Source of the DNA: Daphnia carinata
Lineage: Eukaryota
DNA: 64,000 bases
Assembly: GCF_022539665.2 (NCBI RefSeq)
Contig: NC_081333.1
Span: 5,332,001 to 5,396,000 of the forward strand
Direction: 5' to 3'
A program made the position numbers and the translations under genes. This document shows, one piece after another, positions 50,697-62,723 of the stretch (its first letter is position 1; every line of letters begins with the position of its first letter). Under the pieces are notes generated by a model, which saw only the letters and a list, made by a program, of their open reading frames with translations, ran no database searches and was not told the DNA's origin.

Positions 50697-51790
50697 TGTC
50701 AGAAAATCTGACGGCCGATCCACAGTCAGCCGGTCGATCTGAGACCGGGAAAGAAAACACAGGACCGAAGAACGAAGGGACAGAAACCCTAGGCGGAGAA
50801 ATCCAGCCGAGGTCCGCAGACTACAAAGACACGCCGTTAGACGAACGAGACAGTAAACTTGGCCGGAGGAAAAGACCGATACGCCGTTTATTGAAACCGG
50901 GGGATCCGGACTATGATATCCAAATAACCGAACGTGTTTTACCTATATATGAAGAGGAGATCTGGCGAGAAAGAATCGAACCACCTACTAGGGACTCAAA
51001 CGGAAGAAATAGGGATAACTGCCGCCAGAAGTAACCTTGGAACATCGGGAAGGGGAGATAGAGATATCACAGGAAGAGATCATCCCGCGGTTTGAAGAAT
51101 GAAGAGTTAGCGGCGACCTCTGGTCCAACGTTGAAATCAATGTTCTAAAGTGATAAATTATCTGTCAACAGCGCGTGTTGTAGAGGTATAAAGAGGGGCC
51201 GAATAGGCCAAGAAAATACACTCACATTTCGAACACCAAGGAGGTCTATTGGTAATTATTGCTCCCACTTACTTGTTTCTTGTCGCGCTTGTTGTTTGCT
51301 GCCTGCCATCGTCTTTGCCGTTCGTCGCTTGCTGCCTGGTTGCCGCCCTTCGTCTCCACCAGCCGCCGATTCGTCGCTCGCGCCACTTACCGCCGCCGGT
51401 CACCGCTCGCTGATTGCTCGCTGTCTCAACGATCTTCGTTGCCAGCACCCGCCGCCGAGCCGTAGTCCGCGCCATTCCACTCTGACGTCCAACTTCGCCG
51501 CTACATCTCTTCTTCCAACAGTAAGTCCTTGCTAATACTTTACCTTTGTTACCCTTGATTAATATAGGTGTGGAACTGACCTTGCTGCCGGGTGTCCAGC
51601 CAGGAGAAGCCCGCTTGCCACGATAGTACCCCTAGACGGGCCGTACTATCCTTCTTTTCTACCGGCGATTCTGATACGAATCTACCGTCAACATACGCTG
51701 GCCCCTATAACGGGCTAGGCCAATCAATTTGTTCTTTCTCACTATCATTTCTCTGAGTCGGCAGTCTCCGACGGTGGAAGAAATTCCACA
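50697..51790 (+). repeat. 5' LTR (1094 bp)
   Basis: TGTCAG...TCCACA; TATAAA at ~51187. Confidence 0.97.
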
Positions 51791-51792
51791 TT

Positions 51793-51810
51793 TGGTCCTT
51801 CGAACCGGAG
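51793..51810 (+). promoter_or_regulatory. PBS, tRNA-Tyr type
   Basis: TGGTCCTTCGAACCGGAG. Confidence 0.9.
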
Positions 51811-51864
51811 TCCGCGACCCAAAAAAAAAACGACAAACAAACACCCCTATTTTTTCCATTACAG

Positions 51865-52565
51865 TGTCTGACAACCTCCTGTTGCAGCACCAAACAGCGG
51901 TCTTCGCCCGCTTCCAGTTTCTCTTGGACACCGATACCCGCAGCTACGAGCTCTGGAAGGAGCTGGAGAAAACCATCCCTAGAGGGGTATTCCGGAAGCT
52001 CCGCATCCCAGAGCCCTTTCCTGAGCAGAAATCAGGGGGAAAATCGACCGAGAAAAAGACCCGCATCACCCCGTACAGCCGGCCCGCACCTCTCTGTACC
52101 ATCGAGACCCCAGACCAATACCTCGACGCACAGGAGCGAGCCCAGCTAGCCGCGTTACAAGCCGTCCGGGACTCCAGCCCCGAGGTGATATCCGGGGCCC
52201 AGAAAGCCCGTGAAAACGCTGAGAAGCGGAGACAATTGCTGCTAGAAACCAGCCGCCTCCGCCGAGACAAGGAGAGCATTAGACGCAGAGAAGAAGCACT
52301 CGCCCAAGCTCGGAGTCTCACACCGGTGATAACCCCCGAGGCCCAGCCCGGACCTTCTCGACCATCCACTGCAACCGTACCAACCGCCGCCCCGGAGACT
52401 CCAAAACGCTCCAAGCACCGTACGCCCACTACCCCCCGGAAACTGCGAAAATTTGTCCAAGAGGAGAAAGTGGACAAACACCTAGCCCGAAAATTCGCCC
52501 GCACCGGGATCATCTCTGCTTCCGACGAGGAGGAAATCCTGAAGTCACCCCCTTTCTCCGCCTGA
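51865..52565 (+). CDS. Accessory ORF0 (233 aa, unknown function); predicted start codon formed by the splice 51520^51865
   Basis: Uninterrupted frame with no genomic ATG, conserved in the diverged element at 12731-13445. Confidence 0.72.
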
Positions 52566-52690
52566 AGAAAATAATAATAATAATAATATAATAATAATAA
52601 ATTAATTAATTAATTATATATATATATAAAAAAAAAAAACACACAAACTCTGTTCCTGTTGAGAAATATATAGTTAAAGCGCACCAATAC

Positions 52691-55600
52691 TTGAGTCAAA
52701 TGTCCGTACGCCAGGTTAGACCCGCACGACCGGCTGAAACCTCCACTTCATCCGATGATTCTCCGAGTGAACAACGGTTAAGCCAGGTGGAGACCGAAAT
52801 CCGCCGTATGAAAGAGATGTGGGCCACTCAAGCCGCGACGAACCGCCAAACCCAAAACAACATAGAAGAATTAGGTCGGACCGTACAAAAGAAAGCCGAC
52901 GAAGATGACCTAGAAACACTCACCGAAAGAGTCCATCAGTTAGAACAAAAATTACTCGAGTATAACGAGTTCGAGAAAAAACTAGAAACGATCACAGGCC
53001 TGATAGACGCCATAAACATCAGAAGCAACGACCCGTTACAGTCAGCGGCCGAAATCATAGACCGGGCCAATCAAGCTACCTCGTGGGAAATTCACATTCC
53101 GAGGATAGTGGACAGCCTTAAAGAAGACATCAAGGAGATCATCAACCAAGCAAAAGAAAGCCTCAGAGAAATACGGGACGACGATAGTCTCCCCGACCTG
53201 GAGCCCAGCCCGTTCCGCCCGGCCGAACCCCTTCGTGCTTCATCAAGAGCCGATAACAATAACGGGAGTGCCAAGTCAGAACTTCTAGAAGACCGAGACC
53301 TCATTCTTAAGGAACTTCGAGAAAGCATCGGACTAATGGACGCCGACCGGGTCAACCGAGAAAAATACCTCGACATCGCCGAAGCACGATGGCTTGCCAT
53401 CATCGCCATCCACGAGAAGCTAGCTCTGGTCTCTACAACTAAGGATAGAGCGAAAGACCGCCAAATAGAGGACAACTTCCGCGAAAAAATGAGGAGGATG
53501 CGGGAAAGAAACAAGAAATTCGAAACCCAGCCATCAGTTGCAACAAGAGCCGCGCTACCTCTACCCATCTTCAGCGGAGAAATCACCGCCTGGAAGGGAT
53601 GGAGAACCATCTGGGCAACATATGACCTAGACCCCCGGTTATCAGAGGTAGAAAAATTCCAATACCTCCGCCTCAGCCTGAAAGGGAAAGCCGCCGAACT
53701 CGTCGCCCATCTACCCTTCGACGACAATCAATACCGGGCAGCAATGGAGAGATTAGAATCTCGCTTTGGGGACCCCGAGAAGCTCAAGACCCACTATATC
53801 AACGAGCTACGACTCCTCGTTGCAACACGGCTGGGAGAATCCGCAACAACCGAGCAGCTCCAATCACTACTCGACGGACTTAACAACGCCAAACTAGCGC
53901 TGATAAGCCTCAAAATAGACATGGAGAGTTACGGAGCTTATATATCGGGAGATGTCCTGAAAACCCTACCACGATCACTCACCTCTAGATGGCTTAGGGA
54001 AAAGTGGTCCGACAGAGAAGAACCCTCGCTGGACATGATCCTAAAGGAACTCAGCCTGGAAATCCGATTACGAGAAAGAGAAGAAACTACGGCTAGACGG
54101 CCAGAACCACCGGCCCTTCCACGGGGGGAGACCCAGGATCGATCCACCCGTACATCCTGCTTCTTCTGCCAGCAAAATCACACTCATCACCGGTGTACCA
54201 TGAACACCCCACAGGCCCGACGAGACATGTGCGAGCGAGATAACCGCTGCTTTAAATGCCTAGGACGTTCACACCGGACAGAACACTGCATGGCACGAGT
54301 ACCATGCAGAAACTGCAACAGCCTGGATCACAGCCCGGCGCTATGCTTGGTCAGACAAAGACCCGCTAATAATCCGTTCAGAAACCAATCACCCCAACGA
54401 TCGACCGGGAGAACGGTCACGATTGACACCAACATCAACATGGCCCAAACATCAACAAGCCTTCCCACCTTCACGGCCTATATTAAGGGAAGAGAGGGGG
54501 ACAATATACCTGTCTTAGGACTGATTGACTCCGGCAGTCAACGAACCTTCATCAAACGCGGTATTTCCAGAAGAGCAGACCGCACGAATGAAGAGACCGA
54601 GGAGATTAGAATCAATACCTTCGGGCTAACCCAGGCCCGCATGGAAATAACGACATCCTGCGACATCTGGTTGGTCTCCCAGACGGGCGACGAGTTAAAA
54701 CTACGGGCAACCGAAATGGAGTTTCTCGCTAAAGCCACCCCGAGGATTCCCTCCACGGTGGCGCAACTAGTGTCTCAGCGGCGAGAAAGACTCGCCGATA
54801 ACAGGGAAAATCTAGACGACAGCAAGAAGGAGTTCGACATCATCATCGGGTGTGACCATTATTGGCGCATCCTGACCCACGAAACGCTGCAAGGATCCGA
54901 TGAATCGGTAGCCTGTGCCAGCAAACTTGGATGGATTATCTTCGGAGCTCCCAGCGAGGCTATCCACGTATCCACACTAACGGCGCCGACTAACAGCAGC
55001 AGATCCGTCATAGACTTCAAGGAATTTTGGAGCCTAGAGCATATGGGGGTAACGGCACAAGAAGCCGATGAACCCGGATTCTTAGAGGCCTATCAACGCT
55101 CCATTAAACGCGACGAAGACGGCCGATGTGAAATCCTCTTCCCGTTTAAAGACAACAGAAAAACCATGGAGACTAATAAAGGAGTGGCGCTGGCACGTCT
55201 CAACTGCCTGTTACACCGGATGAAGGGAGACGATCGCCGAGCATACCACGAGATCTTCCAACAATACATTGAGAGAGGATACATTGAAGAAGTGGACGGG
55301 ACATACACCGGCATCTGCACCTACTTACCACACAGACCGGTCATCAAACAAGAGGCCACATCAACCAAAATTAGGCCTGTGTTTGACGGTTCAGCACACC
55401 TTCAAGGTAGACCCAGCCTCAACGACTTGCTCGAAACAGGGCCCAATTTAAACCCAGAATTACTAGCGGTCCTGCTCCGATTTCGGCGATACAAGATCTC
55501 CTGGATGGCCGACATCACCCAGGCCTTCCTGCAGATCGGAATCCAGAAAGAACACGCCCAGATAGTTCGGTTTATTTGGGTCAGAAACCCCGACGACAAC

Positions 55601-58588
55601 CCGGTACAGCTAGTAGAGTAACGGTGGAAACGAGTGCCCTTTGGACTATCAAGCAGCCCATTCATCCTACGAGCCGTGATCCTAAAGTGTTTAGAAGAAA
55701 ATGGCCAAGACTTCCCAAACCTGGTCAAGCAGCTACGAGAACAAGTCTACGTAGACGACTGGCTGGGAGGGGCCGACAATGTCCCACAAGCGGCACAACT
55801 CATCTCTCAAGCACGAAAATTATTCACCGCGGCGAAAATGGAATTACGCAAGTGGACGACCAACAGTCTCGAATTGAGAGACGAACTACAGGACTTAGAC
55901 TTTCAGAACGAACCGATAAACATGGGCCAAGACCCCAGCGATACCATCAAGGCCCTTGGGGTAGCATGGGACCCCTCAACCGACACCTTTCGGTTTAACG
56001 CCCAGAGGATACTGGAAGAAGCCAACAAGCTAGACAAGCGACCGTCCAAGCGGAGATTATTCAGCCTAGCCTTAAAGGTCTTCGACCCCATGGGGTTAAT
56101 CTCCCCAGTAACCGTTATAGCAAAGGTTATTATGCAGAAGATATGGATCGAGAAAACTGGATGGGACGAGCCCGTACCAGCCAAAATCATGCCGCATTGG
56201 GAGACCTTCATTAAAGGGCTATCCGACTTGACCGACACGAAAATAGATAGATGAATCGGACCAGAAATCCAAAACCTTCATCTGTTTTGCGACGCCAGCG
56301 ACGACGCATACAGCGTCGCGGCATATCTTCAAAACGGAAACCAGACAAGACTTCTCTGCAGCAAGACAAGGATTGCACCAGATCCCAAGAAATCTGTATC
56401 GACCCCCAGATTGGAGCTACTGAGCAACGTACTCGCAGCCCGGCTTGGCCGATACATCGAGACCGCGTTCGCAACGGACCTCCAGAAAACCTTATGGGCC
56501 GACTCCTCGATCGCCTATTGGTGGATTAAAGGAGAATCGGGCCGTTGGAAACAATTTGTACACAACCGAGTCGCAGAGATTCGGGCAAACATCCCCGCCG
56601 ACGCAGTAAGACACTGCCCAGGGTTACAAAATCCCGCCGACATCGCATCACGGGGAGCTTCAGTCAGTACCCTCAACCACATGGAAGAATGGGGGGTTGG
56701 CCCGTCGTGGTTGAGCGATAGCAGCCGTTGGCCGACCGGTCCGACCGCCCCTGACTTGAAAGGAACTGTAGAAATTAGTAAAGAAGAAAAAACAATAAAA
56801 GAAATAACAATAGGTACGGTAGTCACCGAAGGACGATGGTACGAGCATCATAGTCGCCTGCGTTCCATCATACGGATTTGGGCGACGGTCCGAAGAGCGG
56901 CTAGCCGGTTTCAAGGAGGATCCAGCCCGGACACGTCAATGCCAGCCGTCGCCTTTGGAAGAGTCTTCCCAATGCTCACGGTGGAAGAAATAGAAGCCGC
57001 GGAGATAGACTTGTGGAGGGACGCTCAAACCAACGCTTACCCCGAAGTCATTAAAGCGCTAAAACAGGGTCAACCTCCCCGGCACGAGAAGCTACGAAAA
57101 CTTGGCCTCCTCTGGGACGAGAAATCCCGAGTGATCAGATGTGTCGGCCGCCACCAAAATTGGCTCAGCTACAACAACAAAACCGCGGTAATACTCATAC
57201 CGGAGGACCATTACCTGACGAAGAAAATCATAGAGCAGACACACGAGAGACTCCAACACACCGGAGTCAGCACAACGATGGTCGAGATAAGACGCACGTT
57301 CTGGATACCACTCCTAAGACAGACGGTCAAAAGGGAACTTCGCCGATGCGTCCGATGCCAGAAGCTGGACGCCCGAGCCTTTAATGAAATCCCGGGCCCA
57401 CTGCCGTTAGACCGACTACAAATGTCTAACCCGTTCGAAGTAACGGGAGTCGATTTTGCCGGACCATTCCCCCTTACGACGGGGCAAGTAAACACCGAGG
57501 ATAAGGGGTACATCTGCTTGTTCACCTGTGCGGTGACTCGGGCCGTTCATTTGGAAGCCACCACCGGACAAGACACAACTACATTCATTCACGCACTAAG
57601 AAGATTTTTTGCGAGGCGTGAAGTGCCGAAAGTAATGTACTCAGACAACGCCAGCGCCTTCACCCAAGCGGCTCGATACTTGAGGGCCTCATATAGAAGT
57701 GAACGTGTGTATAACACGCTTCTGGACCTCAAGGTAAAATGGAGATTTTCCCCAAGCTTAACTCCATGGTGGGGCAGCTTTTGGGAACGAATGGTACAAA
57801 CAGTGAAAAGACTGTTGTACAAAACATTCGGCAATGAGAGGCTATCGTACGACGTGTTTCAAACAGTACTAACGGAGATTGAAAACACCATCAACCTCAG
57901 ACCATTAACATACGTCTCATAGGACGACGACGAACCGTTAACACCGATGCAACTGATATCCGGACACCGACAACGTCAAAAACACCCAGTCGACGAAGAA
58001 GAAAGGGAATACTCGGACCGCACCGTAGTAACGCGGCGAGAAAGAAAACGAAGGAAGCTACTAGGAATCTGGTGGGAGAACTTTTACAAAGAATACGTAG
58101 CAGACTTAGAAAGATTCCACTGCCCGTCGCCAAACAACACAAAAACAGTGGAAATTGGACAGGTAGTCCTTGTTCATGACGACAACTGTAAACGGTCAAA
58201 ATGGAAGACAGGCCGAGTAGCCAAGATCTACCCCAGCTCCGACGGCAAGATCAGACGGGTGGCGGTATTAATTGCCGATAAAATGAAGGGAGTCGGCTCG
58301 ACACCGATCTACCGGGACATGAAAAATCTATTCCCTCTCGAACTCCACGCGGGGCAGATAGATGACGGCCCATCCAACACAGCACCCTTCCCGCCAGACA
58401 GAAACCCGCCGTCAGACTCTGACTCGGACTCTGAGTTGGACGATGGTCCAACGGGGGGAGTGTCAGAAAATCTGACGGCCGATCCACAGTCAGCCGGTCG
58501 ATCTGAGTCCGGGAAAGAAAACACAGGACCGAAGAACGAAGGGACAGAAACCCTAGGCGGAGAAATCCAGCCGAGGTCCGCAGACTAA
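52691..58588 (+). pseudogene. Bel/Pao gag-pol with stops at 55619 and 57920 and a lesion near 56250
   Basis: LPLPIFSGE; three knuckles; LIDSGSQ; ADITQAFLQI; YVDD; LHLFCDAS; HH..CC; GVDFAGP; SDNA; WERMV; DUF5641-like tail. Confidence 0.96.
58451..58460 (+). promoter_or_regulatory. Polypurine tract
   Basis: ACGGGGGGAG abutting the 3' LTR. Confidence 0.9.
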
Positions 58589-59568
58589 AAAGACACGCCG
58601 TTAGACGAACGAGACAGTAAACTTGGCCGGAGGAAAAGACCGATACGCCGTTTATTGAAACCGGGGGATCCGGACTATGATATCCAAATAACCGAACGTG
58701 TTTTACCTATATATGAAGAGGAGATCTGGCGAGAAAGAATCGAACCACCTACTAGGGACTCAAACGGAAGAAATAGGGATAACTGCCGCCAGAAGTAACC
58801 TTGGAACATCGGGAAGGGGAGATAGAGATATCACAGGAAGAGATCATCCCGCGGTTTGAAGAATGAAGAGTTAGCGGCGACCTCTGGTCCAACGTTGAAA
58901 TCAATGTTCTAAAGTGATAAATTATCTGTCAATAGCGCGTGTTGTAGAGGTATAAAGAGGGGCCGAATAGGCCAAGAAAATACACTCACATTTCGAACAC
59001 CAAGGAGGTCTATTGGTAATTATTGCTCCCACTTACTTGTTTCTTGTCGCGCTTGTTGTTTGCTGCCTGCCATCGTCTTTGCCGTTCGCCGTTCGCCGTT
59101 CGTCGCTTCCTGCCTGGTTGCCGCCCTTCGTCTCCACCAGCCGCCGATTCGTCGCTCGCGCCACTTACCGCCGCCGGTCACCGCTCGCTGATTGCTCGCT
59201 GTCTCAACGCTCTTCGTTGCCAGCACCCGCCGCCGAGCCGTAGTCCGCGCCATTCCACTCTGACGTCCAACTTCGCCGCTACATCTCTTCTTCCAACAGT
59301 AAGTCCTTGCTAATACTTTACCTTTGTTACCCTTGATTAATATAGGTGTGGAACTGACCTTGCTGCCGGGTGTCCAGCCAGGAGAAGCCCGCTTGCCACG
59401 ATAGGACCCCTAGACGGGCCGTACTATCCTTCTTCTCTACCGGCGATTCTGATACGAATCTACCGTCAACATACGCTGGCCCCTATAACGGGCTAGGCCA
59501 ATCAATTTGTTCTTTCTCACTATCATTTCTCTGAGTCGGCAGTCTCCGACGGTGGAAGAAATTCCACA
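58461..59568 (+). repeat. 3' LTR (1108 bp)
   Basis: About 7 substitutions and a 14-bp (GCCGTTC)x2 indel versus the 5' LTR (hand count). Confidence 0.97.
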
Positions 59569-59965
59569 GTGGGTACCACGGTCGCTTCCTCCGAATTCAA
59601 GCCAAATCCTGATGTAGACGAGCGTTGGGAACGTTTCAAGGTAAACATCCCTTCCACCTGCCTCTCCTAAGATATACTTCTTTGGTGTCGAACTTTTGGC
59701 CGAATGCTTATTCGTTTCAGGTAAAATTTCGAAAAACGTATGCTAGTGATGCTGAAGAACTGAAAAGACGGGAAATTTGGGAGAGGAATATCGGCAACAT
59801 CGACAAACACAATGAAGAGTACAAGGAAGGCAAACATTCCTACAAGCTGGCAGAGAACAAATACGCTGACATGGTATAAACTAATATAAATCAGATGTAC
59901 AGTATGTTACTACCCCTCTTTAAAAAAAATGCCCCCTATCAACGTATAGCTAGTTAGCAACGTTA

Positions 59966-62661
59966 GCATTTCCATATTTTCGTCTTCCGACAGCTTTTTT
60001 TGGAAAATTAATTTTAAAATACTTCATATTCCTTATACATCGTAAAATGTTTGCTTGGATATGCCAAATATTCTCTCATAATCTAGAGGCTAGAACCGTT
60101 TTTTTTAATTCCAAGTACTTGAAAGTCTTTAAAGTTTTCTTCAAACTGGGGAAAAGCTCGAATAGTAAAAATCAGCAACCCCTAGTTCTAGACAAAGCAG
60201 TAGAACACGCCACCGGTCAAGAATTCCGTTTCATCACCTAAGAAACCCATTCTACAGCCTTTCTCGGAAAGCGACGAACGAAAGACAGCTCCGATAGCTT
60301 ACGGTCGTTTCATTGCGCTAATAGAATAATTAACTCCCGCAGTTAGACAGTATTCATGTAATAGGCGAATAGAAACTGCATCGGGTACTTATTATTATTG
60401 TGCCTATCTTCCTTACAATCTAATTGAAGAAGTCGAACGGGATGAAAACTTCCTTTACACAGGAGTTCCCTAATCCGTATTCAGAAATGCCGTCACAGGC
60501 CGTAATAATGTATTCCACTGAAACCGCTAGCTTCAGCACTTCAGAACTTTAGATTCCTGCGATGTGTTAGCTGCTGATGGTAAGAAAGCTTATTCTGATA
60601 ATATAACATATTGGAACTAATATGCCACCGTTTGGAAAATACATCCAATTCAAAATTGAAAGTCATGTATTATTCTACGTTGTTTGAATGAAAATTTAAA
60701 GAGGAAATAATTAACTAACAGCAGGATAGTTATCAGCCTAGGCTATTCCTGAAGACACCGCGAAACCAATTCGGGACTCTTAGATATTTAAGAATCGTTA
60801 ATGACTAAAACATGTTTACTTGATTTAATTTTGACTTGATGCTTGTATGGAATTGTAGTAACTGTTTCATTATGTTTAGTTGTGCTTGTATCTAGATGGT
60901 TGGACTACATATCTATTGCACAGGAATTACGGGGAGTACCGATTATTGCTTCCGAAGTTCCTTAGTGAGAGGTATGCCACTGATTCTGTTCTTTTTCCAT
61001 GTAGCCTACTAGATGGCTAGAAAATACGTTTAGTATTTGTTTTGGTTTCATAAAAAATATCAGCGATGGTTTAATGGTCTTCTTTTCTGTTTTATTCGTT
61101 TTTGTATGTGAAAATTTTGCAAGAAATTTTAAAAAGCAAAATTTACACAAAATCTTTGTAAGAGCAGAAACTTTTTCATTGGTTTTGACAACGATTTTCA
61201 TCGAGAGCTACATCGACGAGTTGTCGTAAGAAAAACTTGATTAGGTTTAAGAATTTTTGAGACAAAACTATGCCAACAGGCTAGGTGCAGCTTCAGTAGC
61301 TTCGCGTTTGTCATAAATACTTGCAAAACCAGTCCTACCCTTTAAAATGGAAAGAAAAAAATGAAATAAAATTAGTGACCCGAATGACTTATGTAAAAGT
61401 TCTACAGAAAATTTGACGGATTCGAACAGCAACTATATTTACTCTCTGCAAGGGAATTATGTCCTTTTCTTTTAATTTTAATCCTGTAGGGGAGAGCGGA
61501 CCAAACTGGACACGTACCAGATTGGACAGCCGCAATAACTCGGTAGGGTATTTATGAAATAAAATTTTAAAAATACTGTGTGACGGGAAATTCTATTCCA
61601 CACTTAGGCCTTAATCTTAAAAAATATAATAAAAGTATTCGTAAAGTTATCACAAAAATTAAAAACAGCTACTTTTTCATTTTTTTGGCTTCTACAATTT
61701 TTCATATCGCTCGAAAACCACCATGAACCAGTTTTGGTAATAATAAAAAAAGCTATTTCTTCCCTTTTAAATTCCCCGGTTTGTTTTCATTTCTAGGACA
61801 AGTGATTAAAATTTATAAACGTTTTAACAAATGATCTTCCGTTGGGAGATACTGGGCAGTTTTGGGGGTGATATCAGACGCAAACGATATTTTGGGGTGG
61901 GGCTTGGGTTGCTTAGTTACGAAAGAGAATCCTAAACAAAGGCTGAAAGCTGAAAGTTTCAAAGGGTTGTTTGCTATCTCCTTCTGATAATGGTAATCGA
62001 TAGTAAATAAATACTTGATACTTAACAAGCCCCTCCTATTTTCATTTTTTTCAAGCTACTTTGCCTATTCCACACCCCCCGTCAATCATTGACAAATTTC
62101 GATTAAATTAAATTCCGTTTATGATATTTTTAATACATACATAAATCGCTTAATGAAATCCGAACGTCACACTATTTTTTCGAAACGTGTATCTTCAATG
62201 CAGCAAATTTTAAAGACCATGTCTAATGTGGTACAGCGGATGTCCGGTTTTTCGCCCTTAATTTTTTTTTCGTTTAATTTTTATATTTTCCAAAAAGGTG
62301 TTTATGACTAAACTACTCAACCAATTTGAATGAAAAAATTGTGAACGTGTTTTTAAGTACACTTTACACTATGATTTCAAGCACTAAATTTCATTTATTT
62401 TCCACAATCCAGAATTCCAGACCAAGGTACTTCAAGCTCTATCTGTACAGGATGTGTGTACGGAAAAATGCACCGCTTTCCATTCCATATCGGACGAGTA
62501 AGAGCAAAACAAGTGGGAGAGCTTATTTATTCTGATATATGTGGTCCAATGCACGAGGCATCACCCAGTGGTGCTCGATACTACGTCCTCTTTAAAGACG
62601 ACTGCAGTGGCTGGCGAGTAGTATTTTTTCTTAAAAACAAGTCTGAAGTTGCTGACCAGTT
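59966..62661. repeat. Right arm of the inverted duplication
   Basis: Reverse complement of 39887-39327 joined to 38482-36346. Confidence 0.93.
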
Positions 62662-62723
62662 ACTTCAGTATACGAAATAAAGTCCAAAAATTTTTTTTTG
62701 TCCAGTTTGGGTCCGTTCTCCCC
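61489..62723. mobile_element. TA-flanked TIR element (Tc1/mariner-pogo-like, non-autonomous) containing a Copia integrase fragment (~62440-62661)
   Basis: TA-GGGGAGAGCGGACCAAACTGGAC ... GTCCAGTTTGGGTCCGTTCTCCCC-TA. Confidence 0.7.

Larger units (their letters stand above)
50697..59568 (+). mobile_element. Full-length young Bel/Pao LTR retrotransposon (8.87 kb)
   Basis: Paired LTRs, perfect GTGGG TSD (50692-50696, 59569-59573), PBS, PPT, gag-PR-RT-RH-IN. Confidence 0.98.
50656..59873 (+). pseudogene. Secreted cathepsin-L-type propeptide (inhibitor I29) gene disrupted by Bel/Pao; exon parts 50656-50696 + 59574-59640 and 59721-59873
   Basis: Removing the element and one TSD gives MKCCYIFLLIVVVGTTVASSEFKPNPDVDERWERFK|VKFRKTYASDAEELKRREIWERNIGNIDKHN..KLAENKYADM, with ERFNIN- and GNFD-like motifs. 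80-nt GT-AG intron. Confidence 0.88.

Noticed and set aside
50696..51034. Independent 112-aa gene in the 5' LTR
   Set aside because: The start GTG uses a TSD base. It is the U3 copy of the pol tail, extended by a TAA-to-TAC change.
52566..52640. AT-rich (AAT)n/(AT)n/A-run between ORF0 and gag as an IRES or poly(A) signal
   Set aside because: Low-complexity and not conserved in sequence in the relative; function cannot be supported.
51944..54756. Antisense ORFs (189 aa, 211 aa and others) as antisense genes
   Set aside because: Likely shadows of coding sequence; not evidently conserved in the related element.
1..59568. flamenco-like uni-strand piRNA cluster
   Set aside because: TE orientations are mixed. 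A dual-strand cluster cannot be judged from sequence alone.
36346..62661. Giant transposon (Polinton/Teratorn-like) with kb-long TIRs
   Set aside because: The left arm runs on into Copia with no terminus or TSD, and the interior has no polB, ATPase or capsid genes.
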